Part shown: positions 19,925-30,100 of the stretch, one piece after another
How positions within the stretch are numbered: position 1 is the first letter of the stretch
Layout of the letters: every line of letters starts with the position of its first letter
Source of the DNA: Candidatus Oxydemutatoraceae bacterium
GTDB taxonomy: Bacteria > Pseudomonadota > Gammaproteobacteria > Poriferisulfidales > Oxydemutatoraceae
NCBI GenBank assembly: GCA_965220085.1
Contig: CBDCOZ010000003.1
Coordinates: forward strand, 1,376,001 to 1,440,000
Direction of reading: 5' to 3'
DNA length: 64,000 nucleotides
Program-made: the position numbers and the translations under genes
The notes under the pieces: model-generated
Told to the model about the DNA's origin: nothing
The model's input: the letters and a program-made list of their open reading frames with translations, nothing else
Databases searched by the model: none

Positions 19925-20245
19925 TTATGATTCGCCTCGGCGGAGAATCGCATAGTCTCGCTCTATCTCTTTGTGGAAGTTCTCGGGCAGGCGCGCCCAG
20001 TCGCGGGCTTCCACTATGATGGGGATGGCGGAGTCGCGGACGGCTTCGGTGAAGTCGGTCAGAGCATCGGCGGGGATTGGCTGCAGGTCGGGCGCGCGCA
20101 GCACCAGGTCCAGGTCGCTGCCTTCGTGGGCGCGGCCATTGATGCGGCTGCCATAGGCCCATACTTCCACGGCGGGCAGGTGTTCTCGCAACAGCTGCTC
20201 CAGCATGGCGCGATGGCGCGGGTTGAGGCGCAGGCGGTCAATCAT
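19925..20245 (-). CDS. Stand-alone MNT nucleotidyltransferase (putative antitoxin)
   Basis: MIDRLRLNPRH...EVWAYGSRINGRAHEGSDLDLV (GS-x10-DxD); paralogous to the hsdS N-terminal domain. Its ATG overlaps the upstream HEPN stop. Confidence 0.88.
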   Translation of the reverse strand: MIDRLRLNPRHRAMLEQLLREHLPAVEVWAYGSRINGRAHEGSDLDLVLRAPDLQPIPADALTDFTEAVRDSAIPIIVEARDWARLPENFHKEIERDYAILRRGES

Positions 20246-20648
20246 TGTTGGCGGCCTTGATGGCGGCGACAAGGGCGCGGGCATCGGCGGAGAACTGCGG
20301 CAACAGTTGCAATGCGTTGTCGGGTAGGGTCTCGTTGCTGTCCATTTGGTCTGTGTGGTTGCGGTATTCAAGCCAGCGTTCGCAGGCGGCGCAGTCTATT
20401 ATGTCGTGTTTGGCGGCGTGGCGAAAGCAGTCCCGGAATGTGAGGGCATCGGCCTTGCGGTTGCTGGCAAAGTATTCGGCCAGACGCTTGCGCAACAGTT
20501 TGCCGCTTTGTTCCAGGATGCGCTCAAACTCTACGGCGCATACATCATGGCCTATTCTGTATCTAAGGCTGTCCGGTTCATTATCCTGCATCTGCCCTAT
20601 GGCGGCATCCAGCATGTCTATGCAACTTTCTAAAAAGCTGGTATCCAT
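20238..20648 (-). CDS. HEPN-like (HI0074 family) protein with a degenerate catalytic motif
   Basis: EFERILEQSGKLLRKRL...LTFRDCFRHAAKH...ERWLEYRN is family-like, but the R-x4-H motif reads RNHTDQ. Confidence 0.75.
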   Translation of the reverse strand: MDTSFLESCIDMLDAAIGQMQDNEPDSLRYRIGHDVCAVEFERILEQSGKLLRKRLAEYFASNRKADALTFRDCFRHAAKHDIIDCAACERWLEYRNHTDQMDSNETLPDNALQLLPQFSADARALVAAIKAANND

Positions 20649-21051
20649 GTTCACCTGTCTGTTCCCAATCCGATGGCACGAGGGCGGCAACCTAAGTTTG
20701 ATTCTGGCACAACAATCCTTGCATAATGCGGTGGCTCCATGCTAAATACGGGCAATCCGACAGGGAGACACTTTATCATCTCTGCCGCGCTTTGGGTAAG
20801 GTCAATTGTTGGCATAACGGACATCAAGAGGCTTTGAATTAAATAAGGAGCAAGCCCATATGGACAGGCGGGTTCTGTAGAAACTTTCTGCTCAAACTCA
20901 CTTCTCTTCATCGTAATCTTACAAGGTTCCTATGATATTGGGAATTGATCGCAGGTTAGGGGCGTATAATTCTAAGTGTGGGTACTCAGTCAGGTGGCAC
21001 TTCACCGCCTTTCGAAATGAAAAGTGATTTTAGCGCATGGATGCCATATGC

Positions 21052-21746
21052 ATTTCCAAATATAATAAAAACCCAATGTGAATCATATATATAGAGAGAA
21101 GATGGATTTCCAAATTTAATAAAAACCCACCGTGAATCATATATATAGAGAGGAGATGGATTTCCAAATTTAATAAACTTAACCTCATAGGGCCTACAGG
21201 TGCCGGTTGCGATGAAATAAGAAACTTCCTGTAAATCATATAAGGTTGGCGACTGAAAGTGAGTTTCAGGATTAAATAAGAAAATGCAGATATATCAGCA
21301 ACATATAGAGAATGATGGCTGAAAACAGATTTCCAGATTAAATAAGAATCATGCCCACGATGGGCAGGCGGATATCTAGGGCATACTTGCGGGTGCCGTT
21401 TGCGTTAAAATAAGAAACTTCCTGTAAATCATATAGTTAACACCCTCAATGGCTTCAAGTGCCGTTTGCGTTAAAATAAGAATCATGCCCGCGATGGTAT
21501 CTGGCACATTAACTAAGTGCCGTTTGCGCTAAAATAAGAAACTTCCTGTAAATCATATAGTTAACACCCTCAATGGCCTCAAGTGCCGTTTGCGTTAAAA
21601 TAAGAAACTTCCTGTAAATCATATAAGGTTGGCGACTGAAAGTAAGTTTCAGGATTAAATAAGAAAATTCCGATATATCAGTAACATATAGAGAATTATG
21701 GCTGAAAACAGATTTCCAGATTAAATAAGAATCATGCCCACGATGG
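21052..21746. repeat. AT-rich modular repeat array, about 12 units of 54-68 bp
   Basis: 54-bp units start at 21052, 21106 and 21160. The core AAATAAGAA occurs at 21215, 21274, 21340, 21408, 21474, 21532, 21598, 21657 and 21723. 21215-21363 is nearly duplicated at 21598-21746. Confidence 0.85.
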
Positions 21747-23147
21747 TAGGTATCTGGCATACTTTCTGGAACCTGCAGTATTTATATCCATTTTAATTAG
21801 ATTAGCTTTCACTGCATCCGCAATGATTCTGGAGATGATACTTGTGTTGCTTTTGCTTGATGGCAACCCAAACCTTTTACGAAACGACTGGTTGGTCATT
21901 CGTCGTTGCGACACATGCAACAAAACGCAGTGTTGGTAGCAGGCGCGAATACGCTCAGCACGGTCCATTTTACTGAATGGGCGCGGACCAAAGATAATAA
22001 CGATTGTGCGCTTCAAGTCGGCTCGGAAATCCGGCGCGGGCAATTGATAATCTTCCGCCTCTTGTATTACCTTATCAATCCCGCTGCTCCTTTCTTCGCA
22101 GATGCCAAAGCGCCGCATGATATCCGTAAGATCCTCGTTGCGGGATTGGTGTCTGTCAATGAAGCGTTTAACAGGCACAATTGGTTCGCCGGGATTGCTT
22201 ATCTCAACTCGGTCGGGATATACCTCAATCATAGGCGACATCCCGCGCTCTTCAAAATCTTGGTGAACCAAAGCATTTGCCACCAACTCGCGGATAGATG
22301 TCTCGGGAAGCATCTTAATCTCCCTGCGGAGAGCGTTTTCAATCACTTCGTTCTGCGGCAGATTGTCCATTACATGTCGCACTAAGTTCTGAAATCCAAC
22401 TGCGTATCCTTTGTATTCTGTGTCGTCTCTCGCTGCTTGTGTTTTGTCGTTTCCCTTATACACAATAACACGCGGCGCTTTGTAGGCGACACTTCTAAAA
22501 TCTCGCAGGTTGTTGGCCAAGGTTACAGCGGCAAGATTGCTGATGGCATATCTGTCACCCCGGCCGGTTATAAGGCGCTCTGCCATGAGTTTGTCAATAA
22601 CTCCCATAAGGTCGCTCGGGTACGGCAGATTAAGCAGAGCAAAGAAGGTCTGTGTGTCAAGAAGGCGCGCAATATCCTGCGCATTGACATCGCTTGCTGC
22701 GGGTTGTTGCAACCAGTCCGGTTTCCCTTCTGCAAAGATGTTCCTGAGTCGGTCCTCGCTCATCGGCCTCAGTTCTGAGCCAATGCGCATCAGGTAAGCG
22801 CCCTCATGGCTATATGCTGTGCCTTGGGGACGAGACGGAATCGCAAAAGCCAGCACCCTGCCGTCAGGATGTGTGACTTCGGTGACATTTACTCGAAACT
22901 TGATGAGCTCATATATCTTGGATGCTATTTTTTGAGGGTTTATAAATGCCCGGGTGCCTACTACCTTGCGCGGCTTTTGGTCAGTCACTCCCAATACCAG
23001 ATGACCGCCGCCTTCATTGGCTATGGCAACGCAGTACTTACAGAGCCTGTTGGTATCAAATTGCGACTTAGCTTCTTTGAATTCCAACTGTTGGTTTTCG
23101 GTTGATGAACCTAACCAGCGGTCAATTTGTTGCGTGGTTATGCTCAT
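21732..23147 (-). CDS. AlbA_2 (Schlafen-like) domain + HATPase_c_4/RecG-C-like ATP-binding protein with C-terminal HTH
   Basis: ENQQLEFKEA, AIANEGGGHLVLGVTD, IRELVANALVHQD, DRVEISNPG, RN..L and ERSSGIDKV motifs; GGAGGAG RBS. Confidence 0.88.
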   Translation of the reverse strand: MSITTQQIDRWLGSSTENQQLEFKEAKSQFDTNRLCKYCVAIANEGGGHLVLGVTDQKPRKVVGTRAFINPQKIASKIYELIKFRVNVTEVTHPDGRVLAFAIPSRPQGTAYSHEGAYLMRIGSELRPMSEDRLRNIFAEGKPDWLQQPAASDVNAQDIARLLDTQTFFALLNLPYPSDLMGVIDKLMAERLITGRGDRYAISNLAAVTLANNLRDFRSVAYKAPRVIVYKGNDKTQAARDDTEYKGYAVGFQNLVRHVMDNLPQNEVIENALRREIKMLPETSIRELVANALVHQDFEERGMSPMIEVYPDRVEISNPGEPIVPVKRFIDRHQSRNEDLTDIMRRFGICEERSSGIDKVIQEAEDYQLPAPDFRADLKRTIVIIFGPRPFSKMDRAERIRACYQHCVLLHVSQRRMTNQSFRKRFGLPSSKSNTSIISRIIADAVKANLIKMDINTAGSRKYARYLPSWA

Positions 23148-23160
23148 TTATCTCCTCCGG

Positions 23161-23221
23161 AGCCATTGCCCGAAGCCATTGCCCGAAGCCATTGCCCGAA
23201 GCCATTGCCCGAAGCCATTGC
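23161..23221. repeat. 13-bp tandem repeat (AGCCATTGCCCGA) x4 plus a partial unit, inside a copy of the hsdM 5' end
   Basis: Units start at 23161, 23174, 23187 and 23200, with a partial unit at 23213. The same 13-bp quasi-repeat occurs twice in hsdM (19563, 19576). Confidence 0.9.
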
Positions 23222-23280
23222 TTTCTTCTTTGCCATATTGTTTCTCATACTTCTTTATAGTATTACAACTCAAACACAAG

Positions 23281-23400
23281 CCAGAGCCATTGCCCGAAGC
23301 CATTGCTTTCTTCTTTGCCATATTCTCTGACGTATTGTTTCTCTGATGCAATTCCAATGCGCGCGACAGTATATATTAAGCGGTCAGTGTAGCATGGCAT
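23281..23400 (-). repeat. Duplicate of the hsdM promoter and first codons ([15 protein letters not shown])
   Basis: Similar to 19563-19670; a further partial copy lies at ~23160-23240. Confidence 0.85.
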
Positions 23401-23419
23401 GGCGCGGGTACCGACCAAT

Positions 23420-23613
23420 GGGAATTATATGCCTGTGTATGCAAAACAGCCTGTCAGTCCGCAATCCTAAAATTGACTCCGGCCATTGCGCTGCTTTGCG
23501 CTCTGTTTCAGACATCTTATACAGTTCAAATAATCCGATTGTCTTTGCCTTTCTCTTTGCCATTGAAATACCCCTATTCAATGGTCTGATTGCATACACA
23601 GGCATATATTCCC
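23420..23613 (-). mobile_element. 194-bp MITE, copy 2 (direct repeat of 8675-8868)
   Basis: Same TIRs and length; three substitutions seen relative to copy 1. Confidence 0.85.
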
Positions 23614-23699
23614 CGGAGAATAGAAGCCCTCCGCCGCTGATATTCTGCCCTCGCGGGAAAATCCGCCGAATGCGGCAAGCCGGGAGGGGAAATGACAAG

Positions 23700-24057
23700 C
23701 CCCGCCTTTGCCGGGGAGTTGCTCCGCCCACTACGCGACGCCAGCGCACTGACACTTTGCCTGCGTACCCCCTTTGCCGGGGAGTTGCTCCGCCGTACGA
23801 AGCGCGTTCAAACGGCGTTTGAACGCCTGCGCATCCTCCTTGCCGGGAGGGGGCGCTACGCCCTGCTGGCGATTGTCGTCATCGCACTGTTTGCCTGCGT
23901 ACCCCCTTGCCGGGGAATTGTGCCGCCGTACGAAGCGCGTTCAAACGGCGTTTGAACGCCTGCGTACCCTCCTTGCCGGGAGGAGGCGCTACGCCCTGCT
24001 GGCGATTGTCGTCATCGCGCTGTTTGCCTGCGTACCCCCTTGCCGGGGGTGCGCCGC
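23700..24057. repeat. BIME/REP-like palindromic tandem repeat, unit ~134 bp
   Basis: TTTGCCTGCGTACCCC starts at 23756, 23890 and 24023. Units contain the hairpins GCGTTCAAAC-GGC-GTTTGAACGC and CCCC-TTGCC-GGGG. Confidence 0.8.
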
Positions 24058-24131
24058 CTTGTGCCCGCGGCTCAGACTCCGCACTCGGCGCGAGCGCTCC
24101 TGCCGCGAGGCGCGCGACGGTTGGCGCGAAG

Positions 24132-27100
24132 TTAGCGGAGGGGGCCTTCGAGAAAGAGGCGCAGGCGCAACTTGATCCGGGGGGCATCTGTGCTGTCCAA
24201 ACCAAACATGCCCCCCGCATATACCCGCACGGGAAAAGGAACGGAAGTCTCTCCGTCCCGTGTCACTTGGACCATTAATGTGTGTTCTCGGGCATCTCCG
24301 TAATCCGATGCGGCTGCTGCCAGCGTAATCTCGCCGCTCTCGGCATCTATCACAAACAAGCCGCCCGCGTCATCCGTCAGCGTCCATGTCAAGCCGGTCG
24401 TGACCGGTTCGTTATTCTCATCGCGGACCATGAACGTGATGCCGCCGACTTGCGCGCCGGCGGCCGCGTTCTCGGCGATGATACTGCTCGCGCCATCGTC
24501 GTCCGTAACCGTCAGGGTATCCGGCACATTTTCAATCGTTATCAATAGCGGCAAGGCGGCGGATACGACATCGCCGACTTCGGCCGTCGCCATCACCGCA
24601 TGGGTTTGCGTGCTTTCGTAATCCAGCGCGGCGGAAGCGCGCAGACTGATTGCGCCGCTGATTGCATCCGCTGCGAACAAGCCGTCGGCATTATCCGTCA
24701 GTTCCCAGGTCACGCCGGTCGTTACCGGTTCGTCATTCTCATCGCGGGCAACGAGCGCGATGCCATCCACTTGCGCGCCGGCGGGCGCATTCTCGGCGAT
24801 CGTATTGGTCGCGGGATCGCTGTCCGTAACCTCCAGGGTCTCCAGCGCGTTTTCAATCGTTATCTCTACCGTCAAGGCGGCGGCTGCGACATCGCCGACT
24901 GCGGCCGTCGCCATCACCGCATAGGTTGTTCGCGTACTTTCGTAATCCAGCGTGTCGGAAGCGCGCAGACTGATGGCGCCGCTATCGGTAGATATCTTAA
25001 ATACGCCGCCCGCGTCATCCGTCAGTTTCCAGGCCAAGCCGGTCGTGACCGGTTCGTTACGCTCATCGCGGACAACGAGCGCGATGCCATCCACTTGCGC
25101 GCCGGCGGGCGCATTCTCGGCGATCGTATTGGTCGTGCTATTGCTGTCCGTAACCTTCAGGGCCTCCAGCACATTTTCAATCGTTATCGGCAGCGGCAAG
25201 GCGGCGGATGCGACATCGCCGACTTCGACTGCCGCCATCACCGCATATGTTGTTTGCGTACTTTCGTAATCCAGCGCAGCGGAAGCGCGCAGACTGATGG
25301 CGCCGCTATCGGCATCTATCGCGAACAAGCCGTCGGCATTATCCGTCAGTTTCCAGGCCAAGCCGGTCGTTACCGGTTCGTTACGTTCATCGCGGACAAC
25401 GAGCGCGATGCCATCAACTTGCGCGCCGGCGGTTGCATTCTCGGCGATGGCATTGATCGCGCTATTGCTGTCCGTAACCTTCAGGGTCTCCAGCGCGTTT
25501 TCAATCGTTATCTCTAACGGAAAGACGGAGGATGTGACACCGCCGACTTCGACTGCCACCCACAACGTATATATTTGCGCGCTTTCATAATCCAGCGCGG
25601 CTGTTGCCAGCGTAATCTCGCCGCTATCGGCAGCTATCTTAAATAAGCCGCCCGCGTCATCTGTCAGTTTCCAGGTCACGCCGGTCGTTACCCGATTCTC
25701 ATTCTCATCGCGGGCCATCAGCGCGATGCCATCCACTGGCGCGCCGACGTCAGTATTCTCGGCGATCGTATTGGTCGCGGGATTGCTGTCCGTAACCGTC
25801 AGGGTCTCAAGCACATTTTCAACCGTTATCTCTAACGGAAAGGCGGCGGATGCGACATCGCCGACTTGGGCTGTCACCATCACCGTATGCATGGGCATGC
25901 TTTCGTAATCCGGCATAGCGAAAGTACGCAGACTGATTGCGCCGCTGACCGCATCCGCCGCGAACAAGCCGCGCGCGCCATCCGTCAGTTTCCAGGTCAC
26001 GCCGGTCGTGACCGGTTCGTCATTCTCATCGCGGGCAATGAGCGCGATGCCATCCACTTGCGCGCCGATGGCAGCATCCTCGGCGATGACATTGGTCGCG
26101 GGATTGCTGTCCGTAACCGTCAGGGTCTCCAGCGCGTTTTCAATCGTTATCTCTAACGGCAAGGCGGCGGATGCGACATCGCCGACTTCGGCCGTCGCCA
26201 TCACCGCATGGGTTTGCGTGCTTTCGTAATCCAGCGCGGCTGTTGCCAGCGTAATCTCGCCGCTATCGGCAGCTATCTTAAATACGCCGCCCGCGTCATC
26301 CGTCAGTTTCCAGGCCAAGCCGGTCGTGACCCGCTTGTTATTCTCATCGCGGACAATGAACGCGATGCCGTCAACTTGCGCGCCGGCGGTCGCATTCTCG
26401 GCGATGACATTGGTCGCGGGATTGCTGTCCGTAATCTCCAGGGTCTCCAGCGCGTTTTCAATCGTTATCTCTAACGGCAAGGCGGCGGATGCGACATCGC
26501 CGACTTCGGCCGTCGCCATCACCGCATGGGTTTGCGTGCTTTCGTAATCCAGCGCGGCTGTTGCCAGCGTAATCTCGCCGCTATCGGCAGCTATCTTAAA
26601 TAAGCCGCCCGCGTCATCTGTCAGTTTCCAGGTCACGCCGGTCGTTACCCGCTTGTTATTCTCATCGCGGACAATGAACGCGATGCCGTCAACTTGCGCG
26701 CCGGCAGTCGCATTCTCGGCGATCGTATTGGTCGTGCTATCGCTGTCCGTAACCTTCAGGGTCTCCAGCGCGTTTTCAATCGTTATCGCCAACGGCAAGG
26801 CGGCGGATGCGACATCGCCGACTTCGGCCGTCGCCATCACCGCATGGGTTTGCGTGCTTTCGTAATCCAGCGTGGCGGAAGCGCGCAGACTGATGGCGCC
26901 GCTATCGACATCTATCGCAAACAAGCCGTCGGCGTCATCCGTCAGTTTCCAGGCCAAGCCGGCCGTTACCGGTTCGTCATTCTCATCGCGGACAACGAAC
27001 GCGATGCCGTCAACTTGCGCGCCGGCAGTCGCATTCTCGGCGATCGTATTGGTCGTGCTATCGCTGTCCGTAACCTTCAGGGTCTCCAGCGCGTTTTCAA

Positions 27101-30100
27101 TCGTTATCGCTAACGTCAAGGCGGCGGATGCGACATCGCCGACTTCGACTGCCGCCATCACCGCATAGGTTGTTCGCGTACTTTCGTAATCCAGCATGTC
27201 GGAAGCGCGCAGACTGATGGCGCCGCTATCGGCATCTATCGCGAACAAGCCGTCGGCGTCATCCGTCAGTTTCCAGGCCAAGCCGGTCGTTACCGGTTCG
27301 GCATTCTCATCGCGGGCAATGAGCGCGATGCCATCCACTTGCGCGCCGGCGGTCGCATTCTCGGCGATCGTATTGGCGGCGCTATCGCTGTCCGTAACCT
27401 TCAGGGTCTCCAGCGCGTTTTCAATCGTTATCGCTAACGACAAGGCGGCGGATGCGACATCGCCGACTTCGACCGTCGCCATCACCGCATATGTTCGCGT
27501 GCTTTCGTAATCCAGCGCAGCGGAAGCGCGCAGACTGATGGCGCCGCTAGCGGCATCTATCGCGAACAAGCCGTCGGCGTTATCCGTCAGTTTCCAGGCC
27601 AAGCCGGTCGTTATCGGTTCGTTACGCTCATCGCGGACAACGAACATGATGCCATCCACTTGCGCGCCGGCGGTCGCATTCTCGGCGATGGCATTGGTCG
27701 CGCTATTGCTGTCCGTAATCTCCAGGGCCTCCAGCGCGTTTTCAATCGTTATCGTCAATTCCCATGCGGCCGTCTCATAACCATCGGCCGCGGCCGTTAC
27801 CGTTATCGCGTGACGCTCCGCTATCTCAAAATTCAATGCGCCAACCGCCGTGACCTCGCCGCTGTCGCGGTCTATCGCAAACAAGCCGCTCGGATCGATC
27901 AACCCCCATGTCACTCCGCTTACGACAGCGCCATCAACGTCCCGCGCCGTCGGCGCCACGCCCGATACCGCCGCGCCCGCCGGCGCGTTCTCGGCAATCG
28001 CATTGGCGGCGCTATCGCTGTCCGTAATCATCAAGATCTCCGCCACATCCTTGACGTCTATCGTTAGCGTCAGGGTTCTCACGAACGCAGCCATTGAAAC
28101 TTGCGCCGTTATCGTGTGACTCTCCGCTGTCTCAAAATCCAATGCGCCGATTAATCTAATCTCGCCGCTGTCGCGGTCTATTGCGAACAAGCCGCCCGCA
28201 CCGTCGGTCAGAGCCCACCTCAGACCTTCTGTCACTTCCAGTTCGCCTTCGTTTGCCGTCAGATCGATGCCGGATACCCGCGTGCCCGACGATGCGTCCT
28301 CGGCAATCATGTTGGCGGCGCTATCGCTGTCTTCGATCGTCAATGATTCCACTGTGTTGGCAATATGTATCGTCAGTTCCCATGCGGCTGTCGCATAACC
28401 GGCGGCCATGGCCGTCACCGTTATCGCGTGACTCTGCGCCGTCTCAAAGTCCAATGCGCCAATCACCGTTATCTCGCCGCTGTCGCGGTCTATCGCGAAC
28501 AAGCCGCTTGGCTCGGCCAATCCCCATGTCACTCCGCTTACGGCAGAGCCATCGGCGACCTGCGCCGCCAGCACTACGCTTGATATCACCGTGCCCGTCG
28601 TCGTATTCTCGGCAATCGCATTGGCGGCGCCCTCGCGATCCCTGATTGACAAGATCCCCGCCAACTCGTAATGGTAGACGCTGCGACTCGCTTCGCCGCC
28701 GTTGATGACGGCCGCAACATGGTATGCATCTCCGTTCGCCGCGCCGGTCGCCGCATATGTCGCGGTCTTTAACCCCGATGCGCCCGATAGCGCCGCCCCG
28801 TTGCGATAGATTCTGTAAGTCATATCCGCTGCCGCATCGACACACGCGCCGTCAGTCCAATGCGATGTGTCGGGCGGTGTCCAGGCCAAGGTAACCACGG
28901 TCGTATCATCGGAGTCCGGCAGGTTGCCGTTCAATCCTTGCGGGCCGTCGCGTAACTGGCAGCCGAATTCCTGCCAACTCGCGTTGCTGTCACCGTCAAA
29001 ATCAATTTTCAGCGCGGGGTATTGCGAGGCCGTGCCGAAGTCCCAATAATCCGTCGCATTGCCAGCGGAGTCATTCGCATCCCAGCCGGCATAGATGCCG
29101 GCATAGGTCGTCGGGGCCTGCAACTCGGCGGTCGTCTTGGCGGCCACATCGCCGCTATCGCCGGCGGCGCTGCCGCTGCCGAATCCGGCGCTGACATCGG
29201 ATGTGTCGCTGTCCCAACAGACCGCGGCGAAGGCGCCGGCGTGGGAGCCGCTGTTGGTTCCGGCGATGCCGCCGCGCGCGCTTGCGCCGCGGGCAATCTG
29301 CGCGGTCGCATAACCATAGTTGAGCGTCGCATCGCCAAACCAGCCGAACAGACCGCCCGGACTGGTCTTCTCGCTGCCGCGGGTCGCGTCCATGCGACCG
29401 GTGGCATACGCATGCTCCGCTGTGGCGCCATCCCGTATGGCGCCGCTTATGCCGGCAGGTTCCCTGTCGGCATGCACATTGCCGCTCGCATAGCTCCTGC
29501 GCACCGCGCCGCCGCCGGTTATAAAGCCTGCCAGCGGCGACGCGCGCAGTCCGCCCGTTACCGCGACCGCCGAATATGCCTCCTCTATTGTCGTATTATT
29601 CGCAAGGCCAACCAGCCCGCCGGTATCCGTATTATTGCTGAGCAACGCCGTAACCGACCCCGTCACACCAAGATTGGAAAGCGTCGCGCCATCGGCATAG
29701 CCGAACAATGCCTGCCGGTGGCCGTTGCGGTCAAGGTACAAGTTGTAAATGGTGTGACCATTGCCGTTGAATGTCGCTGTGAATTTTATCGCGGCATTGC
29801 CAATCGGCATCCAGCCCGCGCCGCTTGTCCAGGCGGCATTGACAGTGCGCGAGGCATAGCTTGCCGCATCATCAAAATCCAAATCGGTCGTCAATTCGTA
29901 GCCGGCGCAAGCGCCCGGACAACCCATGCCGACGGGAGCATCGGGGAATGCGCGAGCATAATCGTCCCTGCGGTCCGCCGCAGTGTCGCCGTCGCCATCC
30001 GGGTCCCAACGCATCGCATCGAACTGTTCCAGATTGCTGATTTCAATCAAACCATTGTCATTGCTATCGTAGTCTGTTGCCCCGGATACGGCCCTGCCGC

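Larger units (their letters stand above)
8458..23613. mobile_element. IS1595-like-bounded composite element carrying the defence island (no intact transposase)
   Basis: Left end GGGGATTATATGC (8458) and right end GCATATATTCCC (23613) are inverted repeats. The flanks are CGGAAAAT (8450-8457) and CGGAGAAT (23614-23621), a 7/8-matching 8-bp duplication of the length typical for IS1595. Confidence 0.7.

Noticed and set aside
20651-20911. 86-aa ORF upstream of HEPN2
   Set aside because: No recognisable motif; cannot be supported without a search.
21052-21746. CRISPR array
   Set aside because: The period is similar, but the constant part is only ~9-20 bp, the would-be spacers are themselves repeated, and no cas genes are in the window; kept as an unexplained array.
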